A stretch of 64,000 nt of DNA from an uncultured Desulfobacter sp. (GCA_963665095.1 OY762069.1:3392001-3456000), one strand, 5' to 3'; shown: positions 39,218-48,558, counted from the first letter of the stretch. Numbers and translations: made by a program. The notes: generated by a model from the letters alone, not told the origin.

Positions 39218-40002
39218 AACAGATTCCTCTCTTTTAAAAAAGCCAGGAACTCATTCACCTGGAAATCCAGACTGCCGGACACCACGCGTCCCTGTCTGGT
39301 CTTGTCCGGTTCCGTCATCCCGGCGTAGGATTCACCGGGCAACTTTTTCAGCTCCCGGCCTGCCTGGCCGTCTATATCAATTTCTGTAACAGGCTTGTTC
39401 TTTGCCTTGAGCATATGGGACAGGGATGGATACCGGGGCCGGTAAAATCCGGACTGCACCGCTGCTATGGCCGGCAAAGGCATTCTGATCTCTTCAAGCA
39501 CCCCGCCTTCCCACTCCCGCAGGGCTTCCAGGAAAGGCTGGCCTGCATCATCCGGCGGATCCGCATCCCGGGGGCCCAACCGGACCACCGATGTGGCACA
39601 GGGCAGGTCCAGCAGCTGGGCCAGCATGGGACCGGTGTGGCCGGCCATGAGATCCTGTGACATGATGCCGGTTAAAACCAGATCGTAATCGGGCACAAGC
39701 CCGGTGGACGACAAGGCAAACGCAAGCCGGGCAGCTGTTGTCGAAGGCGGCACCAGGGCCCCGCTTCCTTCATCATCCCCCGTTATCAGATGAATGCCTG
39801 CATCAGCCCCCATGCCCAGTGCCCGTACCAGGCTGTCGCGCCAGTCCGCAGGCCCTGATGTAATGACATCCACCTGCCACCCGGTCTCTCCACAAGCTTG
39901 CGCCTGCTCCCTGAGATGAAGACCTGCTTCCAGGGCAAGCGTTTCAAAAGGGCCGATCTCGTTGCCCTGCATATCCGGTTTTATGCATATCAAAATTTTC
40001 AT
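39214..40002 (-). CDS. etfB: Electron transfer flavoprotein beta subunit
   Basis: MKILICIK, ALEAG, ALGMGAD, DLVLTG.MSQD..G and PRYPSL; GTGA overlap with etfA. Confidence 0.9.
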   Translation of the reverse strand: MKILICIKPDMQGNEIGPFETLALEAGLHLREQAQACGETGWQVDVITSGPADWRDSLVRALGMGADAGIHLITGDDEGSGALVPPSTTAARLAFALSSTGLVPDYDLVLTGIMSQDLMAGHTGPMLAQLLDLPCATSVVRLGPRDADPPDDAGQPFLEALREWEGGVLEEIRMPLPAIAAVQSGFYRPRYPSLSHMLKAKNKPVTEIDIDGQAGRELKKLPGESYAGMTEPDKTRQGRVVSGSLDFQVNEFLAFLKERNLL

Positions 40003-40008
40003 GGTGCC

Positions 40009-40059
40009 ATCATACCGGCCTAAAAAGTAAAAATCAAGATAAATCTAAACGAACGTTCA
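40009..40059 (-). promoter_or_regulatory. Promoter TTGATT-17-TATGAT with upstream TGAAC-N4-GTTTA operator
   Basis: -35 at 40032-37, -10 at 40009-14; operator-like site at 40046-59. Confidence 0.55.
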
Positions 40060-40450
40060 CTTTTTATAAATCAACTAACCGTTTATATTTCCAACTATTC
40101 TTTCAAAATCATGATACCATCTACTGAGTCAAACTTTTTTACTGCTTCCCATTCTGATGCCCTAAAATGAGCAAGTTCACGCCCGCCTGACACTGCTAAT
40201 AAATCTTTCATCAGTTCTTGATATCACGTTGAAAAAGGTGTTATTCCAGTATCGTTATTAAGTGACCTCCAGGTAATACATTTTTTGCTCAATTACCGGA
40301 CAGTCATTGTTCAGGCAGATGATTTATGCAGACCCGGGCAAAACCTGCCAATTCAAAGAGTCCCGGCAAACGGATATCTTTAAAAGGCGGCCAAAAGGGC
40401 TGCACTTTTTAATAAGTTATAACCTTTCAGTCAGCATCAGGTGGTGCCTT

Positions 40451-41542
40451 ATGATCCCTGTCCGGCTTATCAGGAAAATAGAACTCGGTCCCAGACAGAT
40501 GACCTTTGGTTTTGATGACGGGGCATCCGGCCATATGGATTTTATGTATGCGCTTATTGAAAAGAAGTACCAGGCCGCCGGCCCTGTGCCGCTGGACTGC
40601 CTGATTGATCCGGAAAAAATTCCTCAGGTTCCCGATCCTTTTGACCTCCTGCAAACGATTTTCTGGCTGGCTGAAGCGTTGAAAATCCATTTTTTTATCT
40701 CAGATCAGACCATGCCGCCTTTTCAGGCCAAACAGATGCTGTTGGAAAATCCGGACTGCACCATGGCTGTCGTAATCAACAAACCTGTTGATTCATACCG
40801 TTTTGATCAGGCCCGGGACTCCGTGGTCCCCATTCTCCCCTCGTTACCCGGGGATTTGGACCAGTACGCATTTTCCCGTGCCGTTGTAAATGAACTGGGG
40901 TCATGGCAGACCCGGCTAAACTCTTTTCAGCCCCATGCTGAGAAACCCGGATTTCCGGGCATTGCTCTGATAAAAAACAGTTTAGTACTCATTGACCGGC
41001 TGCTGGAAAATAAAGATTCCCATTCCATCATTCACGCCTGCCTCAAATACCGGTCCAAAATACCGGAACTTGCCCGGAACCTGCATACGCTTACAGATTT
41101 TTATACCTGCAGGCTGGCGTTCTGGACAACTTTCACCGAGCAGATGAACGACTTTCAGGAAAATATGGAGATGATCCGGGATAACGGTTCCATGAATTTA
41201 ATTTACCGCCAGCTCAGCAACATATTAAATTCATCCCAGCCCTTTGACCTGGTTAAAAAAGCAGAAGAGCTGCTGCCGGAGCTCAACAGCTTCCACAACC
41301 AGATTGAACAGGAAAAAACCCAGCGCCTGCGCAACAGCTGTCTTGAAAAAACAGACAAGATGATACACAAGCTAAGCACCTTGTTTGATACCTTTGACAC
41401 TGAAGATGCATACAGGAATGACACCCTGCACACCATCAGGAATCTGAATAAAAAAATCGGTCTGGCTGACAGCATGGACGAGATCACCGCCTTGTTTAAT
41501 GATGCCCAGGATCTGTTTGTGGATATCATAGAGACCCTGTAA
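40451..41542 (+). CDS. Hypothetical helical protein resembling the C-terminal (wHTH + helical) half of BREX BrxC
   Basis: 363 aa, AGGTGG RBS; WQTRL..F...A...FPG...I..L..I..LL / L.DFY....W / IL.S.QPF.LVK.AE.L pattern recalled from BrxC C-termini; no Walker motifs. Confidence 0.55.
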   Translation: MIPVRLIRKIELGPRQMTFGFDDGASGHMDFMYALIEKKYQAAGPVPLDCLIDPEKIPQVPDPFDLLQTIFWLAEALKIHFFISDQTMPPFQAKQMLLENPDCTMAVVINKPVDSYRFDQARDSVVPILPSLPGDLDQYAFSRAVVNELGSWQTRLNSFQPHAEKPGFPGIALIKNSLVLIDRLLENKDSHSIIHACLKYRSKIPELARNLHTLTDFYTCRLAFWTTFTEQMNDFQENMEMIRDNGSMNLIYRQLSNILNSSQPFDLVKKAEELLPELNSFHNQIEQEKTQRLRNSCLEKTDKMIHKLSTLFDTFDTEDAYRNDTLHTIRNLNKKIGLADSMDEITALFNDAQDLFVDIIETL

Positions 41543-41550
41543 CGAGCCCT

Positions 41551-42189
41551 TTACCGTTTTCTGAATGCCAGCCGGTATTTTTTTGAGGCGCTGTCCGAAA
41601 GGATAATCTCATCCTTATTTATGTTAAGAATTTCATATCCGTCAATCCACTCTTTCTCACCGAGAACCCGGTCATTAATGACGGCAATCCGCTGTGCCGG
41701 ATTTTTGGACCAGGAGATGGCCTGCAGTTTCATGACATCTGAATCCAGGGTCTGAATGGACACCGCTTCCGGATGCTTTTCCGGAGCAGACACCCGGGCA
41801 GGCTTTTTCCGGACTTTTTGCACCGGGACAGAAGCCGTTTTCGGATCAAAGGGCTGAGAGGAAAGAACCGGGGCGGGTGGCGGCCCTGGTATTTTTTGGG
41901 GCTCCGGCCGCTTTTCTACAGTCAACGTGGCAGCTGGGTCTAAGGGTGTCACAACGGGCGTGGAAACGGGCCCGGGCCAGATAAAATAAACGCCTGCTGC
42001 CGCCAGGCAAACGCCGATAATGCCCGCAGCAATCAGTCTATGTAAAACTTTGGCCGGGGTTTCCCCCTGCGAACTGGCCCCGGCACGGCCCCGGGATCCA
42101 CCCATCACCTGCGGATTCGGCTCACTGGCATTGCGGTCAGCGCCGGATGCCTGTTCCGCTTTTTTTAATGCCTGCAGAATCGTACTCAT
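41551..42189 (-). CDS. exeB: General secretion pathway protein B (ExeB/GspB)
   Basis: MSTILQALKKAE, TM, Pro-rich linker and LQAISWS..RIAVIN C-terminal domain. Confidence 0.85.
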   Translation of the reverse strand: MSTILQALKKAEQASGADRNASEPNPQVMGGSRGRAGASSQGETPAKVLHRLIAAGIIGVCLAAAGVYFIWPGPVSTPVVTPLDPAATLTVEKRPEPQKIPGPPPAPVLSSQPFDPKTASVPVQKVRKKPARVSAPEKHPEAVSIQTLDSDVMKLQAISWSKNPAQRIAVINDRVLGEKEWIDGYEILNINKDEIILSDSASKKYRLAFRKR

Positions 42190-44117
42190 TTCGGCGCCTT
42201 TGTCCCGGAAAGTGCGTCAAAGGTTTCCACAGGTGTTGTCTCTTCTCGTTTTTTCGCCTCAAGTTCATGAAAAAAAGCGATTTTGGTCATGGGACCTGCC
42301 AGGCCGTCAGACACCAGCCCGTACCGGGCCTGGATAGTTTTAACCGCATTGACAAGGGGGATGTCATATTGCGGACGCATCCCGATGCCCTGGAACCCAA
42401 GCTGCCTGACGGCAAGCTTCAGGGATATAATGGCTGCCGGCGGTGCTGACGGTGAAATCACCCCGGAATACCCGAAAGGATCCCTCCATACAATAAAAAT
42501 ATCCTGACCAAGAAAGGGGGTGAGTTCCCCAAGCCCCACCGTTGCGCCCTGCCCGGCACTCTCACAGGCAATGGTGCACAGGTTCTGCTCTGCCAGCCGA
42601 ATCACTGCCAGATATCCGGTTTGCCCGCGCACCGAAAAGGTCAGAATTGCAGGTAGGTTAAAAATTTTAATCTGGTCTTTATCCCCGGTGAGATGCAGAA
42701 CTTCCAGATGGCGCTGCCATGCCTGAACTTCAAAAAACCGGGCATCGCCGATCTCCTGGCCGGCATTATGAAAATATCGTTGTAATTTTTCCCCATCTGT
42801 ACGCCACAAAGAGAGCACAATGGAAAAGGCTTTTTCCCGGGTGGCTTTCGGCAAGGCGTTAACAAAGAAAGAACGGATTTCTTCGATTCCTGATATCACA
42901 GGAAAGGGATCTGACAAGGGTTGCGGCACTGGAAGTACTTCAGGGGCAGGAGGAGCGGCCGTATCTTCATGACGATCCAAAAAACCCGGAGTCGCAGCCC
43001 CGCCTTTTTCCAAAGATGCCACCGTCGCGGTATGGGCATCTGAATGTACTTTTTCTGGAGAAGGATTTTTCAGGACCAGGGAATCAGCCGCTGCCGCCGA
43101 GGTCTCCGTCAGCCCCGGGGACGGCACCGATTCCGGTGTTTTTATCTGCCCGGGGGGATTATCTGCCAGAGGCGTATTCAGATGCTTTAACGGCCATCCG
43201 CCGGAAAATAAAAAAACAAGAGACAAACAGGCAACCATGACGGTGCAGATCAATACCCAGAACCTTCCTGACCCGATAATGGGGGGAAACATCCCCATGG
43301 ACCGCCTGTTGTGACCGGCATTTACCTCTTTGCAGGCCGCTTTGACCATATCCGGAAAGACCAGATCTTTCCCCTGCCCGAAAGCCGCCACCAGGGAACG
43401 GTCGCAAAGGATATTAATCAGCCGTGGAATACCTCCGGAATAACGGTATATAAGATCCACGGCCCGATGTGTAAACAACTCCCGGCCGTTAAGGGACACC
43501 CGGCTTACCCGGTGGGTGATATAAGCAAAAGTTTCCGGACGGCTTAAAGGCATGATACGGCAACTCAGACTGATTCTTTGCCGCAGCTGCCGCATCTCAT
43601 GGGAATTGAGCAACTCTGACAGCTCCGGCTGCCCCACCAGAATAATCTGAAGCAGTTTGCTCCGGGTGGTCTCAAGGTTGGACAACAGCCGCAGCTGCTC
43701 CAGGGTTTCACGACTCAGGTTCTGGGCCTCGTCAATGAGAAGGATGACAGACTTGCCCTGGATCTTTTTCTCCAGAAGAACCTCATACAGGGCATGGGTC
43801 ATATCCGCAGCATCGCCGGCAGGACACGCAATATCCAGTTCAGCCAGAATGGCCTTTAACAGCTGGTCTGCATCCAGTTTGGGATTGAATATAAAGGCGG
43901 ATTCAACGGTCTGGTCCAGATTTTCAAGAAAACTGCGGCACAGGGTGGTTTTCCCGGTGCCCACCTCCCCTGTAACCTCCACAAACCCCTCCTGCTGGGA
44001 CACGGCATAGGTCAGGTGGGCCAGGGCCTCTTCATGGCTGGTACTTAAAAACAGGAATTCAGGATCAGGCACCAGCCTGAAGGGTTTTTCCTTTAGTCCG
44101 AAATGGGTGGTGTACAT
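42186..44117 (-). CDS. exeA: ExeA/GspA AAA ATPase with peptidoglycan-binding domain
   Basis: MY..HFGL.EKPF..PDP.FL, GEVGTGKTT, IDEAQNL, LVGQPEL, GIPRLIN and AVK.IQ..GL.SDG.AGP.T. Confidence 0.92.
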   Translation of the reverse strand: MYTTHFGLKEKPFRLVPDPEFLFLSTSHEEALAHLTYAVSQQEGFVEVTGEVGTGKTTLCRSFLENLDQTVESAFIFNPKLDADQLLKAILAELDIACPAGDAADMTHALYEVLLEKKIQGKSVILLIDEAQNLSRETLEQLRLLSNLETTRSKLLQIILVGQPELSELLNSHEMRQLRQRISLSCRIMPLSRPETFAYITHRVSRVSLNGRELFTHRAVDLIYRYSGGIPRLINILCDRSLVAAFGQGKDLVFPDMVKAACKEVNAGHNRRSMGMFPPIIGSGRFWVLICTVMVACLSLVFLFSGGWPLKHLNTPLADNPPGQIKTPESVPSPGLTETSAAAADSLVLKNPSPEKVHSDAHTATVASLEKGGAATPGFLDRHEDTAAPPAPEVLPVPQPLSDPFPVISGIEEIRSFFVNALPKATREKAFSIVLSLWRTDGEKLQRYFHNAGQEIGDARFFEVQAWQRHLEVLHLTGDKDQIKIFNLPAILTFSVRGQTGYLAVIRLAEQNLCTIACESAGQGATVGLGELTPFLGQDIFIVWRDPFGYSGVISPSAPPAAIISLKLAVRQLGFQGIGMRPQYDIPLVNAVKTIQARYGLVSDGLAGPMTKIAFFHELEAKKREETTPVETFDALSGTKAPK

Positions 44118-44270
44118 TATTCTGCAGCACTTTCATTGACTTAACTTCCCGTTTCCTGCCCTTTCTCAAAAATCTTTATTTACAAACTAATCCGTATAAA
44201 TACAACTCTTTTCCAGATGAACGTCTCAGCTATCCGTACACCTTTGATTAAGAGCTCCGTTTAGCGCCTG

Positions 44271-44357
44271 TCACCAGATCGCAGGACTGAAAGGCAGATC
44301 GTTCCCGCTGCCCCAGTCATCCTGGAAATGAAATAGATCCACGTCATAATATTTTTT
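44271..44357 (-). pseudogene. Short remnant of a uroporphyrinogen-decarboxylase/MtaA-CmuA methyltransferase-family gene
   Basis: Reads KKYYDVDLFHFQDDWGSGNDLPFSPAIW*; DDWG..FSP..W is typical of this family. No start codon. Confidence 0.45.
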
Positions 44358-44573
44358 TTGGTACGTCAACGACTCAATTTTGAAATCGCACAGGCGCTCA
44401 CAAAGGGAGCGGGCAGCATATTAAAATCAAAACAATTATTGGGCTTGACAAGATCAAGCCAATATATACTGAGGCGTTGCGGATTTTATTTGAAGGCCGC
44501 CTGCCGGATTTTCTACATGAGTGATTCCGAGGTACCTCAAGATAGTATAATCTTGTTCAGGGGAGCTGAATAG

Positions 44574-44768
44574 TTACACATCTTTCTTGTATCATCAGGA
44601 GGCAGAGTCAATGTATTATCAAAACCTGACTCGATGGCAAATGTTATCGGCATGTTACCATTTGGAGCAACGATTAGCTTTCAGGAATTAGTAGGCAATT
44701 TCTACCGCATTGATTATCAGGGTAAAATTGGATATATCCATAACAGTTTCGGCAGAAGCAATAAATGA
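44574..44768 (+). pseudogene. Bacterial SH3 (SH3b) domain fragment
   Basis: GRVNVLSKPDSMANVIGMLPFGATISFQELVGNFYRIDYQGKIGYIHNSF; preceded in frame by TAG at 44571-73. Confidence 0.6.
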
Positions 44769-44842
44769 TCCAAAAGTCAACAGCTAAAAATGTTGATCAC
44801 AATACTGATATGAAATCTGATAACGTAAAATCTATATCAAGT

Positions 44843-45733
44843 CTACAGCCCCCGCATCCACTCAGGTTTAAGGGGGATATCCCCGGAAAGTGCCTGGTCC
44901 AGCACATCCAGCACGTCCTGTTTGTCCTGGGGAAACCGGGCATCAATGGAGAGATAATTACTGGCGTGGACTGATCTGAACGATGCCCTGGACAGCTCGG
45001 TGTGCCGGACCAGCTCCCTAAGTTCGGCAATCATTCCCATCTCATCCGGAATAATGAATTCTCCCTTCTGGTACGCCTCGCCCAAAGGGGTGTTGGCCAG
45101 CGGCATCAGGGAAAGCACACTGACCGCTTCAGGATCAATGGCTGTAAGGGCCCGGCCGGTTTCACGGGCATGGTCAAGGCTCAGCGCCTCCTGGCCAAGT
45201 CCGAGGAGCACAATGGTCACCAGCTTGATTCCGGCCTTTCGCAGCCGCTGACAATGGGTGATCAGCTCTTCAGGGGTGCCGCCTTTGCGGATGTTTTCAC
45301 GCACCTGGGCATGGCCGGACTCCAGGCCTAAAAATACCGCTTTAATCCCCATTTCATGAAGGGTTTTCAGCTCCTCATCGGATTTCAGCATAATGGATTT
45401 CAGGTTGGCATAGCAGGTTACCCGCCGTACCCAGGGCAGCTGTTCCTTAATCTGTTCCAACAGCCAGGTCCAGTGTTTCATGGGCATGATAAAGGCATCC
45501 CCGTCCATGACAAAGACCCGGTCCTGGTGCCGGCAATAGCGGCTGGCAAAGGCCAGGTCCCCTTCCAGGAACTTTCGCTCTTTGATGGCAAACCGCTTGT
45601 CTTTGTAAGCCCCGCAGAAGGTGCATTTTGAATGGGAACACCCCAGGGTGGCCTGGAGAAGGATGGCATTATACTCGCTGGGGGGGCGGATACACTGGCC
45701 TACATGGTGAAGTCCGTTGGGAATCTGGGTCAT
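44843..45733 (-). CDS. Radical SAM protein
   Basis: IRPPSE..LLQATLGCSHSKCTFC (CxxxCxxC), GLESG and FRSVHASNYL. Confidence 0.9.
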   Translation of the reverse strand: MTQIPNGLHHVGQCIRPPSEYNAILLQATLGCSHSKCTFCGAYKDKRFAIKERKFLEGDLAFASRYCRHQDRVFVMDGDAFIMPMKHWTWLLEQIKEQLPWVRRVTCYANLKSIMLKSDEELKTLHEMGIKAVFLGLESGHAQVRENIRKGGTPEELITHCQRLRKAGIKLVTIVLLGLGQEALSLDHARETGRALTAIDPEAVSVLSLMPLANTPLGEAYQKGEFIIPDEMGMIAELRELVRHTELSRASFRSVHASNYLSIDARFPQDKQDVLDVLDQALSGDIPLKPEWMRGL

Positions 45734-45779
45734 ATCAGCAACTCTCCTTTAATACAGGTGCAGCAGTGCTTTCACCCCG

Positions 45780-46574
45780 CTAATGGGCTAAAAGCACCTC
45801 ATCGGTTTCAAACTCTTCTTTTTTTATCTCCGTAAACATCCGGATCAGCCGGTCCTTGGTCAGCTGCTTTTTTTCTTCACCCCTGACATCAATAATGATG
45901 TTTCCCCCATCCATCATGACCAGGCGGTTGCCAAATGCAATGGCATGGCTCATGTTGTGGGTGATCATCAGGCTGGTCAGCGCACCCTCCTCAATGAACC
46001 GGGTGGTCAGATCCATCACCATGGCTGCATTCCTGGGATCAAGGGCTGCCGTATGTTCGTCCAGCAGCAGGATGTCCGGTTTGGACATGACCGTCATTAA
46101 AAGCGTCAGGGCCTGGCGCTGCCCTCCGGACAACGAGGAGACATTCTCCTTCATCCGGTTTTCAAGCCCCATGTTCAGACAGGTCACCTGGTCCCTGAAC
46201 TTTTCCCGCATGGTCTTATTCAGGCTGATCCATGGCCATTTAAACCCTTTTCTGGCCGTGATCGTCATATTATCTTCCAGGGTCATGTTGGAGGCAGTAC
46301 CAGCCAGCGGATCCTGGAAAATCCGTCCGATATAGTGGGCCCGCTGGTATTCAGGCAGACGGGTCACCTCTTTCTCCCGGATAAAAATCCGGCCGGAGGT
46401 GGGCATCATCGCCCCGGAAATCAGGTTGAGCAGGGTGGTTTTGCCGGCACCGTTGCTGCCGATGATCGTTAAAAAATCCCCGGGCTCAAGGGTGAGATTG
46501 AGATCCCGGATTACGTTTTTTTCATCAGGCGTACCCTGGTAAAACGTCTTATTCAGGTGTTCCAGCCGGATCAT
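45780..46574 (-). CDS. ABC transporter ATP-binding protein
   Basis: GSNGAGKTT, LSGGQRQ and LLDEHTAALDP. Confidence 0.93.
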   Translation of the reverse strand: MIRLEHLNKTFYQGTPDEKNVIRDLNLTLEPGDFLTIIGSNGAGKTTLLNLISGAMMPTSGRIFIREKEVTRLPEYQRAHYIGRIFQDPLAGTASNMTLEDNMTITARKGFKWPWISLNKTMREKFRDQVTCLNMGLENRMKENVSSLSGGQRQALTLLMTVMSKPDILLLDEHTAALDPRNAAMVMDLTTRFIEEGALTSLMITHNMSHAIAFGNRLVMMDGGNIIIDVRGEEKKQLTKDRLIRMFTEIKKEEFETDEVLLAH

Positions 46575-46635
46575 AGCTCTTGTCTGCCTTGTCTTTTATC
46601 CATGTTTTCCCAGTTTCTGCTGTCTGCCGGAAGTA

Positions 46636-47526
46636 TCATGATGACTCTTTTCCCCTGATGCGCTTGAAGTTGGCAACGCCCAGGGAAACAATGATCAAAA
46701 GCCCTGTAATCAGCTTCAAATCATTGGGGGTCATGTGGATATAATATCCATAATACCTTCCCAGGTACATGATGGCCTTGAACAGGATGGCACCCAGGAT
46801 AACCCTGAGGGTCAGAATGGATATCCGGTTGGATTTGAGCAGGAACTCCCCGAGCATCACCGAAGCAAGCCCGGATACCACAATGCCCTGGCCCAGATTC
46901 ACGTCGGCAAATCCCTGGTACTGGGCGGCAAATGCGCCGGACAGCGCCACAAGACCGTTGGAGATGCCCACGCCGATGAGCTTGAGGGTGGCAGGATTGA
47001 CGCCCTGTACCCGGACCATCTGCTCATTATTGCCCAGAGCCCCGAACACCAGGCCCATGTCTGTGAGAAAAAACAGATCCAGGGCCAGTTTAATGGCCAG
47101 CACCACCAGAATAAAAAAAATCAGGGAGGCAGATTCCGGTGCCATGATACCCTGTGTGGCACTGTGTACCCGGGTCAACAGAGTATCCATGCGGATCAGG
47201 GGCAGGTTGGCCCGGTTGGACAGAATCCGGATGTTCACAGAATAAAGCATGGTCATGGTCAGAATACCTGCCAGCAGATGGGGTACCTTAAGCTTGTTGT
47301 GAATGGCGGCGGTCACAAACCCGGCCCCAAGTCCGCCGGCAAAAGAGAAAAACAGGCCTGTAACCGGGTGAATCCCTTTGTGGATACAGGCGGCCATGAT
47401 CACGGCCCCCATGGGAAAGGAGCCGTCAACGGTGAGGTCGGGGAAATCCAGTATCCTGAAGGTGAAAAACACCCCCAGTGCCATAATGGCGTAGATCAGC
47501 CCCTCTACAAAAATTCCTTCTATCAT
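46636..47526 (-). CDS. ABC transporter permease
   Basis: FRILDFPDLTVDGSFP, LLAGIL.MT.LYS.N.RI and GLASV..GE. Confidence 0.92.
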   Translation of the reverse strand: MIEGIFVEGLIYAIMALGVFFTFRILDFPDLTVDGSFPMGAVIMAACIHKGIHPVTGLFFSFAGGLGAGFVTAAIHNKLKVPHLLAGILTMTMLYSVNIRILSNRANLPLIRMDTLLTRVHSATQGIMAPESASLIFFILVVLAIKLALDLFFLTDMGLVFGALGNNEQMVRVQGVNPATLKLIGVGISNGLVALSGAFAAQYQGFADVNLGQGIVVSGLASVMLGEFLLKSNRISILTLRVILGAILFKAIMYLGRYYGYYIHMTPNDLKLITGLLIIVSLGVANFKRIRGKESS

Positions 47527-47574
47527 ATCAGTAATATCTGCCGCAGTGTGTGCCGGCAGCTCAGGTCAAACAGG

Positions 47575-48558
47575 TTATTTGGAAACCAGTTTGCCGTTTT
47601 CAATAATCTTGTTAGCTTTCTGTACAATATCAGCCGGAAAGGTCAGGCCCAGTTTTACGGCCACATCCTTGTTGATGAGCAAATCCACATCAGATGGATC
47701 CGTCATATATACGGTGGGGATATCTACAGGTTTGGCACCGTTGATAATATCCGCAGCCAGACGGCCTGTGACCCGGCCCATCTTGTAGTAATCAAATCCC
47801 CAGGCTGCCAGAACATCGGCGTTTTCTGCAGAGCTGGGATCAGCTGACATGACAGGAATTTTATATTTCATGGCCACAGAGGTCACGGCAGACAGGGCAC
47901 TGAAAATGGTATTGTCATTGCCCAGGTAAAGACCGTCCACCCGGGGGGCAATGGTCTGAACCGCCTGCTTCACCTCGGAGGAGTTGGTCACGGTAGTTTC
48001 AATAAACTCAATCCCCAGACCCTTGCATACGGCGCCGGCAATGGCAGCCAGGCTGACGGAATTGGCTTCACCCGCGCAATAGACATGGCCCAGCTTTTTT
48101 AAAGGTTTGATACGGTTGAGCAGCTCAATCTGTTCTTTGACCGGGGTCATGTCTGAGGTGCCTGTAACGCCCTTTTCCCCCTTTTGCACAGATTTAACAA
48201 GACCTGCCCCTTCAGGGTCGGTAACCGCACAGAACAGCACAGGCCGGTCCTTGATGGCATTAACCAGGGCCTGGGCCGTAGGCGTGGCAATCCCCACGGC
48301 AATATCCACGTTTTCGGCCTTGAATTTCTGAGCAATGGAGGCTGCTGTGGACATTTCACCATTGGCATTCTGAAGATCAAACCGGGCATCGGGAAAACTT
48401 TCCTTTACCCCGTCCTGAACCCCTTTCTCCAGAGCATCCAGGGCCGGATGGGCCACAATTTTAGAAATGCCGATATAGACATCTTTTGCCTGAACGCCTG
48501 ATAAAACCACCAGAGAGATGGTCACGGCAATAGTGACCAGAGTTGCAACTTTTTTCAT
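47575..48558 (-). CDS. ABC transporter substrate-binding protein (aromatic amino acid/TrpX-like)
   Basis: Signal peptide; IVAHPALD, NANG, IATPTAQ, AVTDP, TGTSD and EANS. Confidence 0.88.
   Translation of the reverse strand: MKKVATLVTIAVTISLVVLSGVQAKDVYIGISKIVAHPALDALEKGVQDGVKESFPDARFDLQNANGEMSTAASIAQKFKAENVDIAVGIATPTAQALVNAIKDRPVLFCAVTDPEGAGLVKSVQKGEKGVTGTSDMTPVKEQIELLNRIKPLKKLGHVYCAGEANSVSLAAIAGAVCKGLGIEFIETTVTNSSEVKQAVQTIAPRVDGLYLGNDNTIFSALSAVTSVAMKYKIPVMSADPSSAENADVLAAWGFDYYKMGRVTGRLAADIINGAKPVDIPTVYMTDPSDVDLLINKDVAVKLGLTFPADIVQKANKIIENGKLVSK

Noticed and set aside
40060..40450. Possible c-di-GMP riboswitch in the long intergenic region
   Set aside because: GGCAAA-like words are present, but the GNRA P2 stem and GCAAAG/P3 arrangement could not be built.
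41551..44117. exeAB without other T2SS genes as a novel system
   Set aside because: exeAB are commonly unlinked from the main gsp operon.
46735..47847. 370-aa plus-strand ORF
   Set aside because: Antisense shadow of clearly recognisable ABC permease and binding-protein genes; no motifs of its own.
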